Below, one piece after another: positions 27,516 to 36,120 of a stretch of DNA of 64,000 nt. Within the stretch, counting starts at the first letter, position 1. The number at the start of each line of letters is the position of its first letter. Both the position numbers and the translations under genes were made by a program. The notes under the pieces are model-generated. The model searched no databases, was not told the origin of the DNA, and saw only the letters and a list, made by a program, of their open reading frames with translations. The DNA is taken from NCBI GenBank assembly GCA_963674705.1, contig OY771506.1, positions 4,256,001 through 4,320,000 of the forward strand. The letters run 5' to 3'. The stretch comes from Phycisphaeraceae bacterium. Its GTDB lineage: Bacteria; Planctomycetota; Phycisphaerae; Phycisphaerales; Phycisphaeraceae.

Positions 27516-28520
27516 TCACCTCGCGACGGGTTCGCGGATGTAGTCTTCGATCACGTAAATCTTGGCGTCCGTGCCGGTCGTCACGTCCAGCGTGATTTCC
27601 ATTTCCTGACTGCCAAAGACGCTCAACAACTGCTCGGGATGGTTCATATGAGCGATATCGAGCCGATGCAAGCCGACCAACTCGGTATCGTCCAAGTTGT
27701 AATCAAGCATGTTCTGAACTCGCAAACGCTCGGCCGAAACACTTCGTACACTGGTCTGGCCGATGTCGATCCGCACATTGTTCAACACGGCATCGGACCA
27801 CGCACCATTGACGAACGACAGGAACGTCAGAGACGAGTATTGCTTGCCCGTACCCAGCTTGATACGCAAGTCGGTAGTGGACGACGTGACGGGCTGGATG
27901 CGGTAATTGATGAACCGCCGCCAGTATGGCCAGCCGATGCCGCCGCGTGAACCATTGACACCTCTGGCAACTGCCATTGTGTCAACTTCCAGCTTTGTAT
28001 CGCTTGAAATCGAAGACGTTCCGGCACCGCCTGCTGCGATGTCGTCCGCGTCTCCCCACTTCACATCAAGCGTAAGCTCGTTTTCATTCGTCGCATCAAG
28101 CAGCGACTGATAAGAGCCGATGTCGATCGGCAGGCGGAATCCGATGTCAAACGACTGTGCTGCACCCGCACCGACATCAGACCACGTAGGACGATGCCCG
28201 CCAGTCTCGAAGACGTTCAGCCACGGCATGTAGAAGCCCGGCAGACGGATAAGCTTGCTGTCGCCGTTAAGCACAAGCTCTATTTCCCGGATCAGGTCCA
28301 TCGCACCATTTACCGGAGCAACAAACGCCGTACCCGGCGTAGCCGTACCGCTCAACCGGCATTCAATCGACTGGATCGGTAATTGACGATCAATCTCGGT
28401 GTTCGCCGGATTGTTTTCGTCGTACTTGATCGGAATTTCCGTTTTGTTCGGCATGAACATCGCCAGACGCATCGCTGCATCGACGACCGGAAGCCCCGTA
28501 TTAATCCCAAAACTACGCAT
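27516..28520 (-). CDS. Probable double-jelly-roll major capsid protein
   Basis: 334 aa, two beta-rich halves with parallel patterns (LIREIELVLNG...LDATNENELTLDVKWG / LNNVRIDIG...LRVQN..DY...GLHRLD...EITLDV); lies downstream of a packaging ATPase and upstream of membrane genes. Confidence 0.7.
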   Translation of the reverse strand: MRSFGINTGLPVVDAAMRLAMFMPNKTEIPIKYDENNPANTEIDRQLPIQSIECRLSGTATPGTAFVAPVNGAMDLIREIELVLNGDSKLIRLPGFYMPWLNVFETGGHRPTWSDVGAGAAQSFDIGFRLPIDIGSYQSLLDATNENELTLDVKWGDADDIAAGGAGTSSISSDTKLEVDTMAVARGVNGSRGGIGWPYWRRFINYRIQPVTSSTTDLRIKLGTGKQYSSLTFLSFVNGAWSDAVLNNVRIDIGQTSVRSVSAERLRVQNMLDYNLDDTELVGLHRLDIAHMNHPEQLLSVFGSQEMEITLDVTTGTDAKIYVIEDYIREPVAR

Positions 28521-28567
28521 GTTTCACCCTTTCAAATGGTGCGAACGCTACCCAGTGAACCGATGGC

Positions 28568-28690
28568 TTAGAGGCCCGGAACCTTGGCGAACATACGCGA
28601 GACGAAGGGGGTAATTACGGCACCGATCGCCACACCGATTGCGGTGATGATGATGGTGTTAACGTTCGACTTGCTTAACAGACTGGCCAC
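28568..28690 (-). CDS. 40-aa single-TM proviral protein (below the ORF-track cut-off)
   Basis: AGGAGG RBS + GTG: MASLLSKSNVNTIIITAIGVAIGAVITPFVSRMFAKVPGL*. Confidence 0.7.
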   Translation of the reverse strand: MASLLSKSNVNTIIITAIGVAIGAVITPFVSRMFAKVPGL

Positions 28691-28764
28691 TTTGGCACCT
28701 CCTAAATGGGGTTATTGGTTTCACAAAGACATAAACCACGTACCCACCAGCGAGAAAGTCAAGT

Positions 28765-29280
28765 CTAAAACACGACTTTGCCAGATTTGATCGGCTCGCC
28801 GCGTCGCTTCGCGTAGTAGTGCAACGGGCTCAACTCACACGCCCGACGCAATTCAGGATCGGCCCAATCCTCTGACAAGTCGCGTGCATCGTCTGCACCC
28901 ACTAAGAACGCAAACAACATGCCGCACTGATCGCGGGCCGACAGATCAAGCATCTTGTGCCGCTGCGCTATCAACGCAACGCTATGGCCTTGATGCCGCC
29001 CGCGTGTAAGCATCGGCAACGCCTGATCTCGATACTGCCTGAACACATCCGCCGCCTCATCAATGAACGCCAGACACCCACGCGACGCCCAAAACACCTC
29101 CCGAAAATGCGACCAGTCAGAACAAACCAGCCCCGACCATCCGTTAGCGTTTGGCCCACTGGATCGACCGATCGGATCGTAGATAATGCACGGCGTGCCG
29201 TCGCTACTCGCCGTATTTGAAAGCCTTTTTGCTAGGGCCGTCTTTCCGCTTTCCGTCTGGCCCACTATTTGAATGTGCAT
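28765..29280 (-). CDS. Genome-packaging ATPase, FtsK/HerA superfamily (A32/P9-like)
   Basis: Walker A GQTESGKT at the N-terminus, IIYDP, Walker B AFIDEA, RGRH arginine finger, IAQR; 171 aa, no TM. Confidence 0.85.
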   Translation of the reverse strand: MHIQIVGQTESGKTALAKRLSNTASSDGTPCIIYDPIGRSSGPNANGWSGLVCSDWSHFREVFWASRGCLAFIDEAADVFRQYRDQALPMLTRGRHQGHSVALIAQRHKMLDLSARDQCGMLFAFLVGADDARDLSEDWADPELRRACELSPLHYYAKRRGEPIKSGKVVF

Positions 29281-30040
29281 CGGGCTTTTTCTCCGGCTTG
29301 CCGCTTTCCGTCGTTTCCTTCACCGTCCACCGCTTGAGCATCACACGGCCAACGTACGCCGCCGTGAACAAGAAAACAGCTATCAATGGGTGCAACCTCC
29401 AACCCGACGCAACAGCCGACGCTGACCGCCTGATGCTTGCACGCTCCGCGTCGGTAGGTGGCTCACCTATCGCCGCTTCCGTCGTGTTCAAAGCGATATC
29501 TGCGATCACCTCCCCCGCCTCTGGCCCAAGCTCGACGCCCGGCTTAACCGGCTCCGCTGCCACTTGCGGAGCCGTGGCTTGCGACGGATCGGGCCGGGTC
29601 GGGTCGATGATACGACCCGGCCCAGCCGATACGCTGGCATCCGTGCCCCTTGGCTTGACGTTTGGCTTGCTGGTATGGTCGCCGCCCTTGAACGTTGAAC
29701 CGTCCAACAGCTTTTCACCCTCGCGAGGTTTTCGCGGTCGACCGCCTTTTTTGTTCTTGAATACCGGCACGCCACGACGGACGATCGGTTTACCATCTTC
29801 GCCGAACTGGAATAACTCCGCTGGCATCTTCAAAAACTTGGGTTTTATGTAATCCCCGCCACGACCGGACGCGGCCGGGGTTTGGGTTTCAGCGTTTGGA
29901 GTTTTCGACGGCAAGGGTACATTTCTTGCAGCGTCGGCTTTTACTTTGTCGCTGATATCCCCAACCCCGGCCAACGGTTCGGCCGTGCTGGTGGTTTCTA
30001 AACTGGGAATCGGCTTATTAACTGGTTGCTGGGTTTCCAT
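29204..30040 (-). CDS. Proviral protein: disordered Pro/Lys-rich N-terminus, AT-hook-like motif, C-terminal TM
   Basis: KKGGRPRKP; HPLIAVFLFTAAYVG; overlaps the ATPase start. Confidence 0.65.
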   Translation of the reverse strand: METQQPVNKPIPSLETTSTAEPLAGVGDISDKVKADAARNVPLPSKTPNAETQTPAASGRGGDYIKPKFLKMPAELFQFGEDGKPIVRRGVPVFKNKKGGRPRKPREGEKLLDGSTFKGGDHTSKPNVKPRGTDASVSAGPGRIIDPTRPDPSQATAPQVAAEPVKPGVELGPEAGEVIADIALNTTEAAIGEPPTDAERASIRRSASAVASGWRLHPLIAVFLFTAAYVGRVMLKRWTVKETTESGKPEKKPDAHSNSGPDGKRKDGPSKKAFKYGE

Positions 30041-30106
30041 AAAGGCACTATTAAGCCCCCATGATTAACCCATGCAACTTATTACCTGTACTTTCCCGAT
30101 TAGGTT

Positions 30107-31708
30107 TTACGCTGTATAGCCTACCCTTTGTATGCATTCGTCGAATAATGCTTTTTCTGGCTGTTGTCGGCGTTTTGGTTCTGGCTGTGCCTGGGGTTTT
30201 GCTTGTGGGATTACCACTTGCTGCCGCTTGGCTTGTTCCCTGTCCGCGTCATGAGCGAGCCGTCGATAAAACTGCTGGCCCATCTCAATTGAGCCGTCTG
30301 GCAACCGGGTTTTACGATCGGTTGCAGCACCGTATGACACCAGACGCAAAGCCTCACCCCGCAGAATCCGACGATACCTGATCGCGTCGCGGAACTTCTG
30401 GCCAATGTCCCTGTACTTGGCTACTTTTTCACGCACCGCCGCCGCGATCGCCCACGGCTGTTTTTCCAACTGCTCGGCCGCGTCGACCAGATCACGCACC
30501 TCTGCCGCCAGATCTACCGAAGACAACTCCGAGATATCCCGGTCTGAATCAATCGCTATCAGGCTTGACCAGCAACCGACAATCTGCCGCACCAACTGCG
30601 ACCGCTCAGACTTCACAGGCTCGGCCAGAATCACCGGCTTTGCTTCACCCATCCCGAACCATCCCCGCTCGACTGCGAGCCACCACGGCAGCGTATGCTG
30701 CATCGTGTGATGCTTTCGCGGATCATCAACTACCCTCAACCACTTGCGAGTAAGGTAGGCCCACACGTTGCCCAACTGTGAAAGCATGTCTTCAGCGTCG
30801 CCGACGCCCATCTCTTTTATCTTCTGTCGGCGTAGCTGAAATTCGACTCGGATCACACGATGATTTTCCGGCACGGCTTCGATGCCCCACACATCATAAA
30901 ACCACTGCTTTTCCCCCTTCTTTTTCTGTATCTCTACTGGCTTATCGTATAGCCTTGCTTTCAACGGAGCCGACGCACCTCCTACACCGATGCCGGTTAT
31001 CCGTCGCGACGTTCGCCACTGTGCCGTATCGACCGCCCGCGTTACAAAGTGTTCCTCAAGCCCCGCATGGAAGTCATCGTCACGGATCAGCACATCAACG
31101 CACAGATCGGCCCGGCTCGCCTTCACATCTTGTACACGCCCGCCGTGCCGCTCAATGAGCCGACGTAAGTAAAGCATCAACACTTTGACCGTGTAACGCC
31201 AACACCCCTCCGACCTCACCTCGACGATCATAGACGGCTTCGACATCGGCGATAACCACGAACCCATTTTGATTGTGAGATACCGCGACTCAATCAGCCA
31301 GCTATAACCGTTAACACCGAACGCACGGACATTGGCGACCAGATCACCCCACGCGGCCGGCCCGTCGATCACGATCGGTTCACGCTCGCCTGATCGCTCA
31401 ACAGCTTTCGACTTGGCATCGTCCAGCAGGTCAAACAATGCAGGACGTGCCGATCCATGCGTTGCATGCTCACCCCTCGACCAGTCGATATTGACAGCCG
31501 CGACGAATGTATCCACGCCGTATGACAACACGCGGGCGGGCTGATCGTCGCCCAGTGGATCGCATGGCAACCGGCACGGCCGCATTTCCTCGACCTGATC
31601 GGGGAGGTTGAACCCCCCGCCACTCACGTTAGCGGGGGGGCTGATAGTCACCAGCCCCCCAGTATCCGAACCGCCGATTTTTGGAACCTCTACACCTCCA
31701 AACCTCAT
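30107..31708 (-). CDS. Rolling-circle replication initiator, Rep_trans family
   Basis: GVDTF, SRADLCVD, ARLYDKPVE (catalytic Tyr), RVEFQLRR. Confidence 0.85.
   Translation of the reverse strand: MRFGGVEVPKIGGSDTGGLVTISPPANVSGGGFNLPDQVEEMRPCRLPCDPLGDDQPARVLSYGVDTFVAAVNIDWSRGEHATHGSARPALFDLLDDAKSKAVERSGEREPIVIDGPAAWGDLVANVRAFGVNGYSWLIESRYLTIKMGSWLSPMSKPSMIVEVRSEGCWRYTVKVLMLYLRRLIERHGGRVQDVKASRADLCVDVLIRDDDFHAGLEEHFVTRAVDTAQWRTSRRITGIGVGGASAPLKARLYDKPVEIQKKKGEKQWFYDVWGIEAVPENHRVIRVEFQLRRQKIKEMGVGDAEDMLSQLGNVWAYLTRKWLRVVDDPRKHHTMQHTLPWWLAVERGWFGMGEAKPVILAEPVKSERSQLVRQIVGCWSSLIAIDSDRDISELSSVDLAAEVRDLVDAAEQLEKQPWAIAAAVREKVAKYRDIGQKFRDAIRYRRILRGEALRLVSYGAATDRKTRLPDGSIEMGQQFYRRLAHDADREQAKRQQVVIPQAKPQAQPEPKRRQQPEKALFDECIQRVGYTA
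31613..31660 (-). other. Putative double-strand origin / nick-site hairpins inside the 5' end of rep
   Basis: Minus strand GGGGGGCTGGTGACTATCAGCCCCCCCGCTAACGTGAGTGGCGGGGGG: two overlapping G/C stems, with CTAAC at the stem-loop. Confidence 0.65.
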
Positions 31709-31887
31709 TGCTCGCCCCCCTTCTCCCGCTTCGCGTTACGGATCACCTGGCTATCTGTAACGCTTTCTTTCTTACGCTCACGATATGCCTTCTGACGGCA
31801 TTTCGAACTGCAATACCTAGCGTCAGCCTGCCCAACGAAGTACCCCCCGCACTGACGGCAACTACGGTGATAATGGCCCCAACTCAT
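31705..31887 (-). CDS. Small zinc-finger protein (CxxC...CSxxC)
   Basis: MSWGHYHRSCRQCGGYFVGQADARYCSSKCRQKAYRER; ATGA overlaps at both ends. Confidence 0.7.
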   Translation of the reverse strand: MSWGHYHRSCRQCGGYFVGQADARYCSSKCRQKAYRERKKESVTDSQVIRNAKREKGGEQ

Positions 31888-32738
31888 GCCGCACCCCCCA
31901 TCAGCAACACAGACAAGCACCGACGCGGCAACCGCTCGCGACGCTTGCTGTCAAACATGAACACGTCCGAAATCCCGTCATTCTCAAGCAGACGCCCCAG
32001 CCGCCATACGCTATCGCCGTCCTCATGACGCAACCACTCAACCAACACGATTGATCCTGGTGGCGTCGTCTCGGCCATATCGTCCGTCAGACGCCCGACG
32101 AGCGTATCTAACCGCGTCGGCATGCCAGACGGCACAGTCATCGCCTCAGCCAGCACACGCCCAACGTCGGGCTTGTGCGGCCGCTGTGCATCCCAATCAT
32201 TCTTACGCTGCACCTCGACCGGGGGCGGGAGTATCGGCTTGCGCTTATTGACCAACCGCTGAATCTCTGCCAACTCACATCCGGACACATCACGCGGCCT
32301 GAACCTCAGCACGTCCTTACGATATCTCGACTCAGCTTGTCCCAGCCCCGGCATCCAAACCACCGACACCTCTACGGCACACTTGCCGTAAAACGGCTCG
32401 CGTCGACACTCGGCGTCCTCATGGCCGATATGCCCCTTCACCGTTTCAGACAAGCATCGTGCCTGCGAACGGCCAATAAATACCACATCTTTTGTTTTCG
32501 CATCACGAACATAGAACACGCCGCGACGCTCGACCATCTTGTCCAAAAACAATGCCCACAGCCCATGTCGACGCGGATGCACAAACGGCGTGCGACGCCC
32601 GGCCACGATCGCTGGCACCTCCGCCGACACTAACCGCTGATTCTCTCTCGCCCGGCCGCACTCATCCGAACACGTTTTTGCCGCTGGCCCTCGGCCCAAG
32701 TATGGCTTTCCGCACTGGACACAAATTCGCTCTCTCAT
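31884..32738 (-). CDS. Zinc finger + degenerate GIY-YIG-like domain protein
   Basis: CVQCG...TCSDEC; GVFYVRD...VVFIGRS...L...VKGH; GGAGG RBS. Confidence 0.55.
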   Translation of the reverse strand: MRERICVQCGKPYLGRGPAAKTCSDECGRARENQRLVSAEVPAIVAGRRTPFVHPRRHGLWALFLDKMVERRGVFYVRDAKTKDVVFIGRSQARCLSETVKGHIGHEDAECRREPFYGKCAVEVSVVWMPGLGQAESRYRKDVLRFRPRDVSGCELAEIQRLVNKRKPILPPPVEVQRKNDWDAQRPHKPDVGRVLAEAMTVPSGMPTRLDTLVGRLTDDMAETTPPGSIVLVEWLRHEDGDSVWRLGRLLENDGISDVFMFDSKRRERLPRRCLSVLLMGGAA

Positions 32739-33019
32739 GCCACACCTCCAATCACCGCATACGTACCGGCCAACTCCCGATCCTCGATTAGATCATCAAG
32801 CAACACCGCCTCAGACCACCGGACCACCGCGAGAAATGAAACCGCCCCATGACGCACCGATAGCAGCAAACGGGCCTTATCCCGCAGCTTTACGACTGCC
32901 TCATGTTTCAGCTTCCCGGATTTTGGATCACGAACCCGTACCCGATCACCGGGCCGATATTCGCGTGACGGAATGTAAACCCAATGGCCACCGATCCATC
33001 GAAAACGTCTGCTATCCAT
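32735..33019 (-). CDS. Small basic proviral protein, first gene of the element
   Basis: 94-aa ORF in ATGA overlap with the next gene; YRPGDRVRVRDP (KOW/SH3-like pattern). Confidence 0.55.
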   Translation of the reverse strand: MDSRRFRWIGGHWVYIPSREYRPGDRVRVRDPKSGKLKHEAVVKLRDKARLLLSVRHGAVSFLAVVRWSEAVLLDDLIEDRELAGTYAVIGGVA

Positions 33020-33194
33020 AGCAAAACCACCAGACCGCTTATAACGGTCGGACAGCTTTCAATGTGTCCAAAAGCAGGGTATTATCACCCTGCCGGATCG
33101 TTCCTGTCACAGAACTTTCTGTCCGGCCGGTCCCGAAGGTGCGGTAAACCTTGCGGGACATTTTGATTTTAACGGTTATTCAATTTTCATAAGT

Positions 33195-33222
33195 CCTTGT
33201 CCTAGCATATATTATCGGGCCT
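33195..33222. other. Degenerate dif-like site (right junction)
   Basis: Minus strand AGGCCCGATAA-TATATG-CTAGGACAAGG: XerC-like arm and spacer conserved, XerD arm degenerate. Confidence 0.75.
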
Positions 33223-33300
33223 TGGGGTAGGTCGGCAGGGGGGTTGCGGGTTGGGAAACCTGCGGTTGATATGCCACTACGTATGCCTTAACGAGGGTAT

Positions 33301-35934
33301 TCACACTTCTACACGATCCAGGCTGGTACGGACTTGTTCGGCAAGAACGGTGACGTGGGCTGTGTCGAATATCTCCAGATGTCCGCCGGGGATTGAATAC
33401 GTGTGGATATTGCTTCTCACCAACCCGCGCCAGCCATTGTCATCAGCGACAGACACAAAACGCATCCAATCAGGTTTCTCAATCGATTCAAACAGGTGCA
33501 GATCACCTTCATAGTATCCCGGCCTATAGGATTCGCGGGCCCGGCGTGATGCAACTCTCAGCTTAGATAAGGCTTCGGTTATCTGGCCGTTGCCTTGCGG
33601 TATGGAAACTTCATCTTCCAGCCACATGCCGGCATCTTCATCACGTGAATTGCTATTCACTTCAGATGATAAACCAAACCTCTGACGCACCTTTTCCATA
33701 GCGATGGCGGGTGTCAGTTCACTCAAATGAATCCACAACCGCTGTGTGAACGGCTTAGGACGAACAGCACCCGGTGCAGATGTATCTAATAAACCTAAAT
33801 AGGGCACATCTCCGCCCTGCTGCTTGATCTGGCAGGCGATCTCGTATGCGACCAGACCGCCGAATGAATAGCCGATCAGCGATACTGGACCGTCCGGCTG
33901 AATGTGGCGAATCCGGCGAAGCAGTTCCGCGGCCAGATCAGGAATATTGTCGCAAGGTTGTTCGGCTTCGTGCAGACCCGGGAACTGCAGGCCGTAGATC
34001 GATCGATCGTCACCGATCAATTCAGCCAAACCACGATAACTGAACGGCGTACCGCCCCGCCCGGGTAAACAAAAAAGTGGGGGTTTACCGTCACCATGCT
34101 TCAAGCAATATACGCCGCGATCCTGCGTGTCCGTCCCTTCACCCTGTAGCCATCCCGCCATTTGTCGGATGGTCGGTGATCCATAGAAAGACGACAATGG
34201 AAGCGATCGATCCAGAATGCGTTCAACTTCCAGCACTGTCTGCACCGCGAGCAGCGAATCACCACCCAGATCAAAAAAGCTATCAGTGACACCAACCTCA
34301 ACCAAACCTAGTAGTTTCTGCCAGATAGCTGCGAGCTTCTTTTCAAGATCGGTTTGGGGCGGGATGAACTCGACGCCGGTATCGATACGATCGAGGTCCG
34401 GCTCGGGCAGGCTTTTGCGTTCGGTCTTGCCGTTCGGCGTTAACGGCATCTTCTCGATACGAACAAACGTATTAGGCACCATAAAGCTGGGCAGCTTCTG
34501 ACGCATTTCTGCACGCAGCGCATGAATGCTCGGGCCTGGCTGCTCCTTCGGGATGATGTAGCCGATCAGACGCATGTCGCCGTGCCTGTTGGGCTTGGCG
34601 GTGACCGCGGCCTCACGCACACCTGAGCATTTACCAAGCACTGTTTCCACCTCAAGCATCTCGACGCGGTTACCCCGGATCTTGACCTGTTGATCCTTTC
34701 GGCCTCGATGGACCAGCATGCCCTGCCCATTGAATTCACCAAGATCGCCGGTGAGAAATACACGTGCCTCGGGATCGTCCGGATCGGGCCTCAGAACTTG
34801 TTGCGTCAGTTCAAGCCGGCCCAGATAACCGCGCATGATGTATCGGCTGCTGATATGGATGTTACCGATCACACCCCGCTCGACCGGCCGGCCCTCATCA
34901 TCAACGATGCGTACATCAACACCCGGGAACGCGTAACCGGATGGGATATTGGAGCCTTCTTCCAAAGGCGTGTCTTCGGTGATGTTGTAATGGCAGGACA
35001 TGCCAGTTTCCGTAGCACCGAGCCCACCTAGCAGCTGACAGTTTTTACTGAAGTGTGTTCTGAATAGCTCGACATCATTGCGGGTCGAGGCCTCGCCACC
35101 GAACTTGACCATCCGGATCTCGGGGAACAGGTTCTCGCCCTTCAGTTCCCGGGCAAAATGCCTGAAGATCGTGACGATCGAACAGTAGATCGTAATGCGT
35201 TTTTGTATCAGCCAATCGGGCAATCCCAACGTGCCGGCTTCCTTGACCGGGTAATGACACAGCGCCATGCCGTTTAACGTTGCGTTGAAAACATCGCGCA
35301 TCCCGCCGTAGACGCTGCAGGGATAAAGCAGGGTGGCCCGATCCTGTTCGGTGAGTTTCATCCAGGGTACATGGCGGAGCATGTTATGCATGACCGCGCG
35401 TTGCTCCATCATCACGCCCTTGGGTTTGCCCGTTGACCCCGAGGTGTAGAGCACGTACGCCAGTCTGCCCGGGTTGATATCCAAATCCGGATTCGTTTCA
35501 TCTGCTGCGCCGCCGGGTAGGTCGATATTCAACACCGGTATACGATCGCCCACGATCTGCCGGGCCATCGCTTCACGGCGGTTGTTAGTCAAAACAATCC
35601 TGGTGCCGCAATCTTCGAGCATCGTAGCGATGCGCTCGGCCGGATAGTTGGGGTCCAACGGCACATAGGCCCGCCCCGCCTTGAGTGCTGCATAAATCGC
35701 CGTCGTCAAAGGCAATCCCTGATCGACAAGCGTCGCAGCAAATTGGTCCTGCTGAGACGGTTCACCGAGTTGATTCAACAACGCATTAGCGCTGATATTC
35801 GCCAAGGCATTGAGTTCGCCGTAGGTCGTCACCCGTCCTGCACTATCCATCGCGGTCCGGTCAGCGAACTTGCGCACCTGCTCTTCAAACCGCTGGGCGA
35901 GTGAGCATTCGGCTGGATTGGAGGAATCATACAT
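33301..35934 (-). CDS. Stand-alone NRPS-like protein: adenylation-thiolation-thioesterase
   Basis: YVLYTSGSTGKPKG, TGDLG, GRKDQQVKIRG, PNGK; FFDLGGDSL (PCP); GYSFGG (TE). Confidence 0.92.
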   Translation of the reverse strand: MYDSSNPAECSLAQRFEEQVRKFADRTAMDSAGRVTTYGELNALANISANALLNQLGEPSQQDQFAATLVDQGLPLTTAIYAALKAGRAYVPLDPNYPAERIATMLEDCGTRIVLTNNRREAMARQIVGDRIPVLNIDLPGGAADETNPDLDINPGRLAYVLYTSGSTGKPKGVMMEQRAVMHNMLRHVPWMKLTEQDRATLLYPCSVYGGMRDVFNATLNGMALCHYPVKEAGTLGLPDWLIQKRITIYCSIVTIFRHFARELKGENLFPEIRMVKFGGEASTRNDVELFRTHFSKNCQLLGGLGATETGMSCHYNITEDTPLEEGSNIPSGYAFPGVDVRIVDDEGRPVERGVIGNIHISSRYIMRGYLGRLELTQQVLRPDPDDPEARVFLTGDLGEFNGQGMLVHRGRKDQQVKIRGNRVEMLEVETVLGKCSGVREAAVTAKPNRHGDMRLIGYIIPKEQPGPSIHALRAEMRQKLPSFMVPNTFVRIEKMPLTPNGKTERKSLPEPDLDRIDTGVEFIPPQTDLEKKLAAIWQKLLGLVEVGVTDSFFDLGGDSLLAVQTVLEVERILDRSLPLSSFYGSPTIRQMAGWLQGEGTDTQDRGVYCLKHGDGKPPLFCLPGRGGTPFSYRGLAELIGDDRSIYGLQFPGLHEAEQPCDNIPDLAAELLRRIRHIQPDGPVSLIGYSFGGLVAYEIACQIKQQGGDVPYLGLLDTSAPGAVRPKPFTQRLWIHLSELTPAIAMEKVRQRFGLSSEVNSNSRDEDAGMWLEDEVSIPQGNGQITEALSKLRVASRRARESYRPGYYEGDLHLFESIEKPDWMRFVSVADDNGWRGLVRSNIHTYSIPGGHLEIFDTAHVTVLAEQVRTSLDRVEV

Positions 35935-36120
35935 ATGTACAGACTTCCACTAACCCCCCGCGTCGCCAACACTGATGAGGCAGCAACATTTTACCACAGA
36001 TTCAATGCCAAACGTAACGCCTGGCAGGCCGATAAGCGGCCATATTCGCGGACCTTCACACCTGCTCAGCCTGCTATCATGTCGGTGAAACCAGCAACCA
36101 ATTTCAGTCACGGCAGCATA

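Larger units (their letters stand above)
23327..33218 (-). mobile_element. Integrated tailless (double-jelly-roll type) rolling-circle provirus at dif; predicted circle 9,879 bp
   Basis: 13-bp direct repeat CATATATTATCGG at 23327-23339 and 33206-33218; tightly coupled minus-strand genes for Rep, packaging ATPase, capsid-like protein and membrane proteins; no integrase. Confidence 0.85.

Noticed and set aside
23327..33218. Interpretation as a filamentous phage (Inovirus), plasmid or ICE
   Set aside because: dif integration and Rep_trans would fit an inovirus, but the ATPase is short, has no TM and carries an RGRH motif rather than being Zot/pI-like, and a 334-aa beta-rich capsid-like gene is present. 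No conjugation genes are seen. Not fully excluded without structure searches.
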